This document shows positions 20,309 through 30,599 of a stretch of 64,000 nucleotides of DNA, one piece after another (the first letter of the stretch is position 1; the number at the start of each line of letters is the position of its first letter). Below the pieces are notes generated by a model. It was not told the DNA's origin. It ran no database searches and worked only from the letters and a program-made list of their open reading frames with translations. Source of the stretch: Thermodesulfobacteriota bacterium. Its GTDB lineage: Bacteria > Desulfobacterota > Desulfobacteria > Desulfobacterales > SURF-7. The stretch covers positions 64,001 through 128,000 of the forward strand of contig JBMORA010000022.1 of NCBI GenBank assembly GCA_049320885.1, written 5' to 3'. A program made the position numbers and the translations under genes.

Positions 20309-21173
20309 CAAGCGCATCCGGAAAAACAAATATAAGAAAAAACCGCTGAAGGAGCGCTTTTTCGTCAAGCTGCGCCTGGGGTTGCTGCTGCAATGCGGCG
20401 CGGGCCTTTTTTTCTTGACGGCGCTAAGCCTGATGCTGGTTTTTACCCATGATTTCTTGACCCAATGGGATTATCTCAACGCCAGGAATATCCATGTGGA
20501 GGGGCAGCGCAGGCTTTTCCGGGAAACCATACTTTCCCAGGCCCAGATCGGGCCTTCCGACAATATTCTTGCCATCAACCTGTCCATGGCGAGGGCGCGG
20601 CTTTTGTCCCATCCCTGGATAGCGGAGGCGGATATCCGCAGGGAATTTCCGGCAACGATCGTCATCCGGATATCGGAACACCGGCCCTTGGCCGTGATCG
20701 ACCTGGGCCGGGAACTCCTGATGGACGAGGAAGGAGAAATTTTTAAAGAAAAAACGGAAGACGACCCGGTGGACCTGCCGGTCGTCACCGGCCTTGATTA
20801 CGCGGAACTCGACCCCGTGGGCAGGAGTAAAAGCAAAGGACTCAAGGCGGTTGTCGATATCCTGCGGGTGATCAAGACCCACTACAGGGGCATCGGCCGT
20901 TTTCCGGTGGACCATATCGGAATCGACCGGGATCTCGGTTTGACGCTTACGATGGAGGGACCTGTCAAAAGCGTTTTTATCGGCTACGAGGATTATGAAA
21001 GCAAGTACAGAAAGATACAGGAAGTGATCGATCTCATCAGAACAACGGAGCAATTTTCCGATATAGAGGCGATGGATATCAGTAATGTGAATCGAGTCGT
21101 CATTCGGCCGTCGGTGATGTTGTCATCGTCCGGAAATGAAAAAGGAGGTTCACTGTGCAAGGACAAGACCTGA
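20298..21173 (+). CDS. ftsQ: Cell division protein FtsQ/DivIB
   Basis: Basic N-terminus, TM helix and POTRA-like HPWIAEADIRREFP; directly upstream of ftsA. Confidence 0.9.
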   Translation: MSGSKRIRKNKYKKKPLKERFFVKLRLGLLLQCGAGLFFLTALSLMLVFTHDFLTQWDYLNARNIHVEGQRRLFRETILSQAQIGPSDNILAINLSMARARLLSHPWIAEADIRREFPATIVIRISEHRPLAVIDLGRELLMDEEGEIFKEKTEDDPVDLPVVTGLDYAELDPVGRSKSKGLKAVVDILRVIKTHYRGIGRFPVDHIGIDRDLGLTLTMEGPVKSVFIGYEDYESKYRKIQEVIDLIRTTEQFSDIEAMDISNVNRVVIRPSVMLSSSGNEKGGSLCKDKT

Positions 21174-22378
21174 TTGTCGGCCTGGATATCGGTACCACCA
21201 AGATTTGTACGGTCGTCGGTGAATTGTCCGGCGATAAAATCAATATTATCGGCATCGGCACGCATCCATCCATCGGGCTGCGCAAGGGAGTGGTGGTCAA
21301 CATCGAGGCCACCGTGGAATCCATCAAGAAGGCGGTGGAAGAAGCGGAACTCATGGCGGGCTGTGAAATCTCTTCGGTCTATGCCGGCATCGCCGGCGGT
21401 CACATAACCGGATTCAACAGTCATGGAATTATCGCGGTGAAGGGTTCCGAAATCACCCAGAGCGATGTGGACCGGGTCATCGATGCCGCCCGGGCTGTGG
21501 CCATACCCATGGACCGGGAGGTGATTCACGTACTCCCCCAGGAATTCATCGTGGATGACGAACCCGGAATCCAGAACCCGGTGGGGATGGCGGGAGTGCG
21601 CCTGGAAACCAAGATTCATATCGTAACCGGCGCCGTGGCGTCGGCCCATAATATCGTCAAGTGCGCCAACCGGGCCGGTCTGGATGTCTGCGACATCGTC
21701 CTGGAGTCTCTTGCTTCCGGCGAGGCGGTTCTGACGAGGGAGGAAAAGGAACTCGGCACGGCATTGATCGACCTGGGCGGCGGCACCACCGATTTGGCGA
21801 TTTTTTGTAAAAACAACATCAAACACACCTTTGTGTTGGCCCTGGGAGGCAATAACCTGACCAATGACATTTCCGTGGGGCTTCGGGCGCCCATAGCGGA
21901 GGCGGAAAAATTAAAAAAGAAATATGGTTCCTGTGTGTCGGCCCATATCAGTCCCGATGACACCATCGAGGTCCCGGGAATGGGAGGCAGAAAAACAAGA
22001 AACCTGCCGCGGCAGATATTGGGAGAAATTCTGGAACCGCGCATGGAAGAAATGTTTTCCCTGGTCAAGCGCGAGATCGACCGGGCCGGCATGGAAAACA
22101 TGATTACTTCCGGAGTGGTGATAACGGGAGGCACCGCCTTACTGGACGGGGTCACGGATGTGGCGGAGGCGGTTTTCAACCTGCCCACGAGGCTGGGCCG
22201 TCCGCAAGGCATCAGCGGTCTGGTGGATGTGGTCAACAACCCCATGTACGCCACCAGCGTGGGACTGGTGCTGTTCGGCGCCCGCAACCAGTCGGAGCGC
22301 AAGTTCCGCATCCGTGACGCCAATATTTTCAACCGGCTGATCAATCGCATGCGCAAATGGTTTCAGGAGATCATCTGA
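21155..22378 (+). CDS. ftsA: Cell division protein FtsA
   Basis: GLDIGTTK, DLGGGTT, VITGG and a C-terminal amphipathic helix. Confidence 0.98.
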   Translation: MQGQDLIVGLDIGTTKICTVVGELSGDKINIIGIGTHPSIGLRKGVVVNIEATVESIKKAVEEAELMAGCEISSVYAGIAGGHITGFNSHGIIAVKGSEITQSDVDRVIDAARAVAIPMDREVIHVLPQEFIVDDEPGIQNPVGMAGVRLETKIHIVTGAVASAHNIVKCANRAGLDVCDIVLESLASGEAVLTREEKELGTALIDLGGGTTDLAIFCKNNIKHTFVLALGGNNLTNDISVGLRAPIAEAEKLKKKYGSCVSAHISPDDTIEVPGMGGRKTRNLPRQILGEILEPRMEEMFSLVKREIDRAGMENMITSGVVITGGTALLDGVTDVAEAVFNLPTRLGRPQGISGLVDVVNNPMYATSVGLVLFGARNQSERKFRIRDANIFNRLINRMRKWFQEII

Positions 22379-22521
22379 CACCCGTTCGGAGAGGGTTTGA
22401 TTGTTGCAACAACGCTTGAAAGAGAGCTTTCCCGCCGCGGCCATCGGGGATCCCGGCAGCAAGGAGCACCAGGCCGGCGGCAAAACGACTTACCAAATCA
22501 ATCATCAGGGAGGTGGGGAAA

Positions 22522-23706
22522 ATGAGTTTTGTCTACATCGACAATGAGAGAACGGCAAGAATCAAGGTCATTGGAATCGGCGGCGCCGGCGGCAACGCCA
22601 TCAACAACATGGTCATCGCGAACCTGAAGGGCGTGGAATTCATTGCCGCCAATACGGACGCCCAGGCCCTGGATATTTCAACGGCGCCCACCCGGATCCA
22701 GATCGGGGAGAGATTGACCTCGGGACTCGGGGCCGGCGCCAATCCAGCCGTGGGGCGCGATGCGGCGCATGAGTCGGCTGATACCATCCGCAAAGCCCTG
22801 GAAGGCGCTCATATGGTGTTTCTAACCGCCGGGTTCGGCGGCGGAACCGGGACGGGCGCTACTCCTGTTATCGCTGAAATCTGCAAAGAAATAGGGGCGT
22901 TGACTGTCGCCGTGGTGTCGAAGCCGTTTTCCTTCGAAGGAAAGAAGCGGGCCAAACAGGCGGAAGACGGCATCAACATGCTCAAGGATGTGGCCGATAC
23001 GGTCATCACCATTCCCAACGACCGGTTGCGGGGAATCGCCCCCAAAAACGCCAAGATGGTGGAGATGTTCAAAAAGGCGGATGAAATCCTGCATCATTCC
23101 GTGAAGGGCATCACCGATCTCATCATGGTGCCCGGACTGGTCAATCTGGATTTTGCCGATGTGCGGACCACCATGTCCAAGGCCGGCATGGCGCTGATGG
23201 GAATCGGCATCGCCTCGGGTGAGAATCGCGCCACGGAAGCCGCCGAGAGAGCCATCAGCCATCCGCTGCTGGAAGACATTTCCATTGCCGGTGCCAAGGG
23301 CGTCCTGATGAATATCACCTGTACCAGCGATATGACGCTGGATGAAATGACCGAGGCCTCGGACCGGATTTACAAGGAAGTGGGCGATGAGGCGGAAATC
23401 ATTTGGGGGCAGGCCATCGACGAGACCCTCGGGGATGAAATGCGGGTCACGGTCATCGCAACGGGCATCGAATGCGCCCGTAAAAAGCATCAAACCCCGG
23501 CGGAAACCGTTGTCCCGAGGGGGCGGGTGCGGGATATCACCATGGAAGACCTGCAAAATGCGGTGGGATATGAGGAACCGACCTTTATCCGCCACAAAAG
23601 GGCGGTGGGGGATTCCAGCGGCGCTTCCTATCGTGGTTATAAGGGCATAGTATTGGATAGCGATGATTTGGATGTGCCGACTTTCCTGCGGCGCAAGGCG
23701 GATTAG
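22522..23706 (+). CDS. ftsZ: Cell division protein FtsZ
   Basis: GGAGGNA, GGGTGTG, NLDFAD and C-terminal DVPTFLR; GTG at 22513 is an alternative start. Confidence 0.99.
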   Translation: MSFVYIDNERTARIKVIGIGGAGGNAINNMVIANLKGVEFIAANTDAQALDISTAPTRIQIGERLTSGLGAGANPAVGRDAAHESADTIRKALEGAHMVFLTAGFGGGTGTGATPVIAEICKEIGALTVAVVSKPFSFEGKKRAKQAEDGINMLKDVADTVITIPNDRLRGIAPKNAKMVEMFKKADEILHHSVKGITDLIMVPGLVNLDFADVRTTMSKAGMALMGIGIASGENRATEAAERAISHPLLEDISIAGAKGVLMNITCTSDMTLDEMTEASDRIYKEVGDEAEIIWGQAIDETLGDEMRVTVIATGIECARKKHQTPAETVVPRGRVRDITMEDLQNAVGYEEPTFIRHKRAVGDSSGASYRGYKGIVLDSDDLDVPTFLRRKAD

Positions 23707-23712
23707 ACAACC

Positions 23713-23747
23713 ATTTGAGATTTCAGATTTGAGATTTCAGGTTTGAA
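23713..23747 (+). repeat. Heptamer tandem repeat after ftsZ
   Basis: atttgag atttcag atttgag atttcag gtttgaa. Confidence 0.7.
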
Positions 23748-23758
23748 GTCATTCGATT

Positions 23759-25513
23759 ATGGCGCGGATGCAACACAGACACACGGTTGCCGACGTGGCA
23801 TCACGGGAGAAAGGCGTTGTTCGCAAACGCTGGAAAGGGCGTATGCGGATCGCCCTGGTGTACCCGAACTCCTATGATGTCGGCATGTCGAACCTCGGTT
23901 TTCAGGCCGTATACCGCATGCTGAATCAGCGGGACGATGTGGTCTGCGAGCGGGCGTTTGCGCCGGACAGAGCCAAACCGAACGATGGTATTCCTCGAAC
24001 GATCGAATCCGGTAGAGCGGTTGCTGAATTTGATATTATCGCCTTCTCGATCTCATTTGAAGCGGACTACCTCAAGCTCCTTGCCATCGTTCACCAAGCA
24101 GGTCTCCCCCTGCGATCTGCTGCGCGAGGTGATCCCCACCCCCTCGTGATCGCAGGGGGAGTCGCCTGTTTTTTAAATCCGGAACCGGTGGCTCCGTTTA
24201 TCGACTGCTTTTTTATCGGGGAAGCGGAATCACTGCTTCCCCGTTTTTTTCAATTCCATGATCCCGGCCTGGAGCGGCGGCAACTTCTGAAACGGCTTGC
24301 ACAAAACGTTCCCGGTCTGTATGTGCCTGCTTTCTACACGCCTCGATACCATGAAAACGGACTGCTGCAGGCCTTTGATCCCGATCCGGGGGTTCCGCCG
24401 ACAATTCAACGGGGGTTCCAGGCCGATCTGGATCGTTGCCCGGTCTGCAGCGCCATCCTGACGCCGCATACGTCTTTCGGTGACACCTACCTGATCGAAG
24501 TCAGCCGGGGATGCACCCATGGCTGCCGTTTCTGCAGCGCCGGATTCCTGTACCGCCCGCCCCGGTTCCGATCGGTGGAACAGTTGGAGAACAATATCGC
24601 GGCAGGAAGCGGCCTGGCGGGGAAAATCGGCCTGGTGGGAGCCGCGGTTTCCGATCATCCCGGGCTCGAGCGCCTGTGCCGCTTTGCGCTGGAGCGGGAC
24701 CTTTCGATTTCGTTCAGTTCACTCCGGGCCGATGCTTTGACGCCCTCGCTTGCCGAGGTGCTCCGGAGGAGCCATGTCAAGACCGCCACCATCGCTCCGG
24801 ACGCCGGTTCGGAGCGGATGCGCCGCGTCATCAACAAGGGCATCAGCGAAAAGCAGATCCTGGAAGCCGTCCGGTTGCTGGTTTCCGGAGGGATCCCCAA
24901 CGTGAAGCTTTATTTCATGATCGGGCTGCCATTTGAAACCGAAGCGGATATCGAGGCGATTGTGGCGCTGTGCCGAAACGTCAAGGACCGATTTCTGGAG
25001 GCCAGCCGCCGGATGGGGCGGATCGGCGGCATCACCGTGGCCATCAACCCCTTCGTTCCCAAACCCTTTACACCCTTCCAATGGGCGGCCATGGACGATC
25101 CGAAGTCTCTGCGGATGAAAAGCGAGGCGATCCGGAAGGGCCTTGCCAAGATAGACAACCTGACGGTGCAGCTGGAATCCGTCCGCCAGGCCTACACCCA
25201 GGCCTTGTTCGCCCGGGGAGACCGCCGCCTGGCCGATCTGCTGGAGCGGGCCGTGACAACCGGCGGCAACTGGACCAGCATCCTGAAATCCTGGACCATG
25301 GAGCCTGATTTTTACGTGCTGCGCGAACGCGCGCTGGACGAACTGCTTCCCTGGGATTTCATCGATCACGGTATTCGGAAATCCTTTCTCTGGAAAGAAT
25401 TCCGATGGGCTGCGGACGGCAAAACCTCTGCACCCTGTCCGGTTTCCAATTGCACCCGCTGCGGCGTCTGCGGGCAAGCGGCGTGTCCGGATCGATCCGG
25501 GGAAAAACCGTGA
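23759..25513 (+). CDS. TIGR03960-like B12-binding radical SAM protein
   Basis: YPNSYDVGMSNLG, CTHGCRFC, FVPKPFTPFQW, LPWDFID and C-terminal C..CTRCGVC. Confidence 0.85.
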   Translation: MARMQHRHTVADVASREKGVVRKRWKGRMRIALVYPNSYDVGMSNLGFQAVYRMLNQRDDVVCERAFAPDRAKPNDGIPRTIESGRAVAEFDIIAFSISFEADYLKLLAIVHQAGLPLRSAARGDPHPLVIAGGVACFLNPEPVAPFIDCFFIGEAESLLPRFFQFHDPGLERRQLLKRLAQNVPGLYVPAFYTPRYHENGLLQAFDPDPGVPPTIQRGFQADLDRCPVCSAILTPHTSFGDTYLIEVSRGCTHGCRFCSAGFLYRPPRFRSVEQLENNIAAGSGLAGKIGLVGAAVSDHPGLERLCRFALERDLSISFSSLRADALTPSLAEVLRRSHVKTATIAPDAGSERMRRVINKGISEKQILEAVRLLVSGGIPNVKLYFMIGLPFETEADIEAIVALCRNVKDRFLEASRRMGRIGGITVAINPFVPKPFTPFQWAAMDDPKSLRMKSEAIRKGLAKIDNLTVQLESVRQAYTQALFARGDRRLADLLERAVTTGGNWTSILKSWTMEPDFYVLRERALDELLPWDFIDHGIRKSFLWKEFRWAADGKTSAPCPVSNCTRCGVCGQAACPDRSGEKP

Positions 25514-25520
25514 TGCGGCG

Positions 25521-26831
25521 CTACAGCCTGACCTTGATGGAATTGGCGTGGGCGCCCAGGCCTTCCACCCCTGCCAGGAGGATGATATCCCCGGCTTCCC
25601 TGCGGAAAGCCTCGGCTGAATAATGGATCAGGCTGGTCCGCTTGATGAAATGATCCACGGAAAGGGCCGAGGCGAATCGGGCCGTACCGGCGGTGGGCAG
25701 AACGTGATTGGGGCCGGCGATGTAGTCGCCCACCGGTTCCGGCGTATGGTGTCCCATGAAAACGGCGCCGGCGTTGCGGATTTGTCCCACGACCTCGAAG
25801 GGATGTTCCATGAGCAGTTCCAGATGTTCGGGAGCCGCCTGATTGGCCAGCTCGATGGCCGTGGCGAGATTCGGCACCAGAAAAATTCCGCCGTAGCGCG
25901 ACAGGGATTTTGACGCAATCTCTTTCCGTTCCAGGTTGTTCAACTGTCTGGATACGGCTGGAAGCGTGTTGTGGGCGATGGTTTCGGAATCCGTCAACAG
26001 GATGGCCGAGGCCAGCGGATCATGTTCCGCTTGGGACAACAGATCGGCGGCGATGAATTCGGGGTCGGCGGTGTGATCGGCGATGATCAGGATTTCGCTG
26101 GGCCCGGCGATCATATCGATGCCTACCGTTCCGGCCACCAATTTTTTGGCCAGGGTTACATAGATATTACCGGGACCGACGATGACATCCACTTTGCGGA
26201 CCGTCTCGGTGCCGTATGCCAGGGCCGCGATGGCCCAGGCGCTGCCGGCTTTGTATACCGTTTCGATGCCGACTTCGCAGGCCGCCACCAGCAGATGCGG
26301 GGAGATCTCGCCGGTCGCGGTGGGCGGGGTGGCCATGGCCATATGACGGACACCGGCGATTTTGGCCGGGATGCCGCCCATCAATACGGAAGACACCAAC
26401 GGGGTCTTGCCGCCCCGGGCTCCGGGGACATAGACTGCCGCAGCATCCACCGGATTCACCATCTGACCCAGAAACACCCCGGGGCGGTCGGTCAGAAAAC
26501 GGGAATAGCAGCGCTGCTGCCGGTGGAAAGCCTCGATCTGGTCCACGGCCCGGTTCAGTGCCTTCCTGAATGCCTTGTCGACTTTCTTGACGGCGGTTTT
26601 CATCTCCGCTTCGCTCACTTTCAGATCGTCCATGGTGAGGCCGGGGGCGTCGAAACGGTTGGTATATCGAAGGAGCGCGGCGTCGCCGTTTTTTTTCACA
26701 TCGGCAAGAATTCGCGCCACCGCCTGCATGTCTTTTTTGCGAAAGGCGATGTCCCTTCCGGCAACGGCGGCGATGCGTTTCTCGGCCTCCCGGGAAGGGT
26801 ATCGATAGATTTTCATGGGGTGTCTCTCCAT
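25521..26831 (-). CDS. hisD: Histidinol dehydrogenase
   Basis: YVPG, GPGNIYV, IDMIAGPSE, QAEHDP, APEHL and GPNHVLPT. Confidence 0.98.
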   Translation of the reverse strand: MERHPMKIYRYPSREAEKRIAAVAGRDIAFRKKDMQAVARILADVKKNGDAALLRYTNRFDAPGLTMDDLKVSEAEMKTAVKKVDKAFRKALNRAVDQIEAFHRQQRCYSRFLTDRPGVFLGQMVNPVDAAAVYVPGARGGKTPLVSSVLMGGIPAKIAGVRHMAMATPPTATGEISPHLLVAACEVGIETVYKAGSAWAIAALAYGTETVRKVDVIVGPGNIYVTLAKKLVAGTVGIDMIAGPSEILIIADHTADPEFIAADLLSQAEHDPLASAILLTDSETIAHNTLPAVSRQLNNLERKEIASKSLSRYGGIFLVPNLATAIELANQAAPEHLELLMEHPFEVVGQIRNAGAVFMGHHTPEPVGDYIAGPNHVLPTAGTARFASALSVDHFIKRTSLIHYSAEAFRREAGDIILLAGVEGLGAHANSIKVRL

Positions 26832-27100
26832 ATTTGTCGACGAATGACCAGGTCATGCAGGCAGGATGCCGGCGTCTCGCCGGTTCCGGCCCCACGTTCC
26901 ACGGCGGCGGCATCCGAACATGCAGCCGTTACTGCTTGTATGTCAGCCCTGATGGTTTTGTCAATACGCGGCGAATGGGAGATCAACCGCATTCGCGCAA
27001 AATTGCGGTTGACTTTGGTCGATTGTTCTGTATTGATATCCGATTCTGGAGAATAGTCGGTTGTTGGTGGAATGACATATAGAAAAATGGAGGGAACCAA

Positions 27101-28192
27101 ATGAAATACGACAGAATTCACAATTTTAACGCCGGTCCGGCGGCGCTGCCGCTACCCGTACTCGAAGAGATTCAAGCCTCGTTCCTCAATTTCAAGGGGA
27201 GCGGCATGTCCATCACCGAGGTCAGCCATCGTTCCAAATGGTTCGATGATGTCATCAACGATGCGACGGCGCGCACCAGGCGGTTGCTCCACATCGGCGA
27301 CGAATTCCAGGTGCTGTTTCTCCAGGGCGGCGCGAGCCTCCAGTTTGCCATGGTTCCCATGAATCTTCTGACCCAGGGGGGGCAATCGGCCGACTATGTC
27401 AATACCGGCACCTGGTCCACCAAGGCGATCCAGGAGGCCAAAATCGTCGGGAAAAGCATTCAGGTGGTGGCGAGCTCCGAGGACCGCAATTTTTCCTATA
27501 TCCCCAAGAACATCGCTTTCCATGCCGACGCGGTGTATGCCCATATCACCTCCAACAACACCATCAAGGGCACCCAGTGGGCAAGGTTCCCGGATACGGG
27601 CAAGGTTCCGCTGGTGGCCGACATGTCCTCGGATTTCATGAGCCGGCCCATCGACATGAAGAAATTCGGCCTGATTTATGCCGGGGCCCAGAAGAATATC
27701 GGACCCGCCGGGGTGTGCATGGTGATCATCCGCAACGATCTGCTCCAGCTTTCGCCCAAGGAGTTGCCCACCATGCTCCGGTATACGATCCATGCGGACA
27801 AGAATTCCATGTACAATACGCCGCCTTGTTTTGCCGTCTACACGATCCAGCTGGTGATGAAATGGCTGGAGGAGACCGTGGGCGGCCTGGACAAGATGGC
27901 CGAACTCAACCGCAAAAAGGGCGACCTCCTGTACGGTTGCATCGATGGAAACGATTTCTACAAGGGTACGGCCGATCCGGACAGCCGATCCCTCATGAAT
28001 GTGACCTTCCGTCTGCCCAGCGAGGACCTGGAGAAAAAATTCGTGGCCGAAGCCGGAGCCGCCGGTCTCGGGGGATTGAAAGGCCATCGTTCCGTTGGCG
28101 GCTGCCGCGCGTCCATATACAACGCCACGGGCATCGAGGCGGTGGCGGCGCTGGTGGATTTCATGAAACAGTTCGCCGCCAAAAACGGCTGA
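27101..28192 (+). CDS. serC: Phosphoserine aminotransferase
   Basis: NFNAGPA, QGGA, ADMSS, GAQKNIGPAG, NTPP and KGHRSVGG. Confidence 0.98.
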   Translation: MKYDRIHNFNAGPAALPLPVLEEIQASFLNFKGSGMSITEVSHRSKWFDDVINDATARTRRLLHIGDEFQVLFLQGGASLQFAMVPMNLLTQGGQSADYVNTGTWSTKAIQEAKIVGKSIQVVASSEDRNFSYIPKNIAFHADAVYAHITSNNTIKGTQWARFPDTGKVPLVADMSSDFMSRPIDMKKFGLIYAGAQKNIGPAGVCMVIIRNDLLQLSPKELPTMLRYTIHADKNSMYNTPPCFAVYTIQLVMKWLEETVGGLDKMAELNRKKGDLLYGCIDGNDFYKGTADPDSRSLMNVTFRLPSEDLEKKFVAEAGAAGLGGLKGHRSVGGCRASIYNATGIEAVAALVDFMKQFAAKNG

Positions 28193-28221
28193 TCCGCCAC
28201 CGGCCAGTCCATGCGCTGGTG

Positions 28222-28252
28222 AAAAGGCCGCCCGGAAAGGCGGCCTTTTTTT
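28222..28252 (+). terminator. Rho-independent terminator after serC
   Basis: aaaaggccgcc-cggaaa-ggcggcctttt hairpin followed by a T run. Confidence 0.9.
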
Positions 28253-28265
28253 ATCGATCACCGGC

Positions 28266-28295
28266 AAGGCTCAATAAGGCTCAATAAGGATCAAT
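28266..28295 (+). repeat. 10-bp direct repeat (3 copies)
   Basis: aaggctcaat aaggctcaat aaggatcaat, 20 nt upstream of the lipoprotein start. Confidence 0.75.
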
Positions 28296-28315
28296 GGGGT
28301 GGGGGAAGGAGGGGC

Positions 28316-29431
28316 ATGGTGAATCTGAAACCAATCATACCGGCATGCATCGCCTTGTTGATCGGCTGTTCGCAACCAGGTCAAGACCATCGTTCCTGGA
28401 CGGCTTTCTGGAATGAGGATGCGACCCGGATGGGCTTCAGGGACCCAGACGGTTCCACACGAATCGAACCCAGATATTCGGGTTTCACCACGGCCAGAAA
28501 ATTCGACGACATCGTGGCGGTCATGGAAGACCACGGGGATCGTCAGGAGGCCTACTACCTGACCAAATCCGGCGACATCATCGGCCGGGACACCATCTAT
28601 TTTGTGGATAACGGTCCGGATTGCGAAAGCGAAGGGTTTATCCGGTTCCGGGACCGGCGCACGGGGCTTGCCGGACTCTATGACGGCGCCGGCGGGATCG
28701 CCGTGCCGGCAGAATACAACGATATCACCAACGTCAGAAACGGAATGGCGGCGGCGCTGAAAGGCGCCCGGAAAAAGGCGCCGGGCGCCGGCCGGGAGGA
28801 CGAATGCGGGCATGTCATCTGGGAGGGCGGCAGGGAATACCTGATCGATACGCGGAATCGGGTGCTCGTCGACGGCTTCCCGTATGATCCGGGCCTGAAT
28901 TTTTATTCCCTGACCATCCGGAAGGAGCCGGCTCCGGAAAAGGACCGGCGGAGTTTTCGCGGGGTTGATGGCAACTACTATTCGTTCGTTGACTACAAAA
29001 AGGAATTCCAGGCCTGGCTGACGGCTGTCATGGGCGGTTCTTTTTCCAGGGAAACGCTCATGGAAAATTCCTGCAGGGACATTTATTTCTGGAAAGAGCC
29101 GGACGGTTGGGCAGCGGAATCAAGCAGGTCTTTCATCGATCTGAATTTTGAACTGATCCGAAGCAGACTGAGTGAATGGAACAAAGAAAACGCCGGCCAT
29201 TTCATCGCCATGGAGGGTCTGAACCCTTTCATTTTCAAAAGCGCCGAGTTCGATCCGTACTACAACAATTGCGGCGAGCCGAAAGACTGGCAATACCCGG
29301 TCATGAGTCTCGTCATCCAACACCAAACCGGCGGGGATTCGGCCCAGGATCAATTCGATTTTCTGCGGACGGAGAATGGCTATAAACTGATCAGCGTCGC
29401 TGTCAGGAATGTCACGCCGATCCCGCAGTGA
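28316..29431 (+). CDS. WG-repeat-containing lipoprotein
   Basis: Lipobox LLIGC; WG-repeat-like units (GFRDPDGSTRIEPRY, SEGFIRF, GLYDGAGGIAVPAEY). Confidence 0.7.
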   Translation: MVNLKPIIPACIALLIGCSQPGQDHRSWTAFWNEDATRMGFRDPDGSTRIEPRYSGFTTARKFDDIVAVMEDHGDRQEAYYLTKSGDIIGRDTIYFVDNGPDCESEGFIRFRDRRTGLAGLYDGAGGIAVPAEYNDITNVRNGMAAALKGARKKAPGAGREDECGHVIWEGGREYLIDTRNRVLVDGFPYDPGLNFYSLTIRKEPAPEKDRRSFRGVDGNYYSFVDYKKEFQAWLTAVMGGSFSRETLMENSCRDIYFWKEPDGWAAESSRSFIDLNFELIRSRLSEWNKENAGHFIAMEGLNPFIFKSAEFDPYYNNCGEPKDWQYPVMSLVIQHQTGGDSAQDQFDFLRTENGYKLISVAVRNVTPIPQ

Positions 29432-29480
29432 ACCCGCCGGCTTGCCTTTTGCCGAACCAATGACAAGTGGACGATCGCTT

Positions 29481-30452
29481 TCAGCTTTCTTTTTCCGAGA
29501 GTCTTTCCAGCGCCAGGACAATGATGAAGCCGATCACGGCGAGTCCCACGGCGAGGTAGAATTCCCCGTTCAGCTCTCCCGGAAGGACGTTCCGGGTCAC
29601 CAGAACATGCTCCTTGCCCCGGATGATGACGCTTTGAACGGTTTCTTTCCACGGCCAGATTTTTTGCATGGAACCGGTCATCAGTCCGGTAAGGAAAGCC
29701 AGGGTTACCTTGTAATGGTTGTCCAGGAAGTAGTTGAGAACCCTTGAAAAACCGAGCAGCCCGATTCCGCAGCCCGTGCAAAAGACGATGATGATCAGGA
29801 AATTGTTCAGGAGAAACGGGTTTTTCAGGGCGCCGGTGATGAATTCGTATTTGCCCAGGATCAGCAGGATGAAGGCGCCGCTGATTCCGGGGAGAATCAT
29901 GGCGCAGATGGCGATCATGCCGGAAAGGAAAATGAACCAGAATGCTTCCGGCGTGGATACCGGTATCATGCTGACGATGAAATAGGCGGCTATGGTTCCG
30001 GACAGGAAACAGAAGGCGGAGCCGATGTCCCAGCCGTTCACTTTTTTCCCCACCACCAGGATGGAGGCGGCAATCAGGCCGAAGAACAGGCTCCAGGTGG
30101 GCACCGGATGGTGGTTCAACAGATGGTTCATGAGTCGGGCAAGGCTGATAATGGCAAGGCTGATGCCGGTCAACAGCGAGACCAGAAAGCGGATATGGAT
30201 TTCGGCAAGGGCGCCTTTAATATCCAATTTCATTAGTTTATTCAACATGCCCAGTCCGAAGGATTGAATGGCCTTCAGGAGCTGGCTGTAAATTCCGGTG
30301 ATCAGTGCAATGGTCCCGCCGGAGACACCGGGGATGATGTCCGCCGTGCCCATGCACAATCCCTTGAAGGCTATAAGAAACGCTTCTTTCACAGTGGATG
30401 GACCGGGACTGGCTTCAAAGGCCTGTTTCCAGGTGATGGCTGATGGCTTCAT
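29481..30452 (-). CDS. DUF368 membrane protein
   Basis: MGTADIIPGVSGGTIA and AMILPGISGA; start codon uncertain (ORF is open to 30548). Confidence 0.92.
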   Translation of the reverse strand: MKPSAITWKQAFEASPGPSTVKEAFLIAFKGLCMGTADIIPGVSGGTIALITGIYSQLLKAIQSFGLGMLNKLMKLDIKGALAEIHIRFLVSLLTGISLAIISLARLMNHLLNHHPVPTWSLFFGLIAASILVVGKKVNGWDIGSAFCFLSGTIAAYFIVSMIPVSTPEAFWFIFLSGMIAICAMILPGISGAFILLILGKYEFITGALKNPFLLNNFLIIIVFCTGCGIGLLGFSRVLNYFLDNHYKVTLAFLTGLMTGSMQKIWPWKETVQSVIIRGKEHVLVTRNVLPGELNGEFYLAVGLAVIGFIIVLALERLSEKES

Positions 30453-30599
30453 TCGTATCCTTTTCTTTGGTTCTGTCGATCCGGACGCCCCTGAATTTCC
30501 GCGCACTTTTTCATAAACCACTTTGGGTGCGCCTGCAAGGTGAATCAAGACTCGCTGAGAAGCCCGGCAGTCCCGGCAATTCGGTATCCGTATGTCTGT

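Noticed and set aside
22379..22512. Structured RNA between ftsA and ftsZ (TTGTTGCAACAA palindrome and GC stem)
   Set aside because: Matches no family I recognise; GC-rich pairing could be chance.
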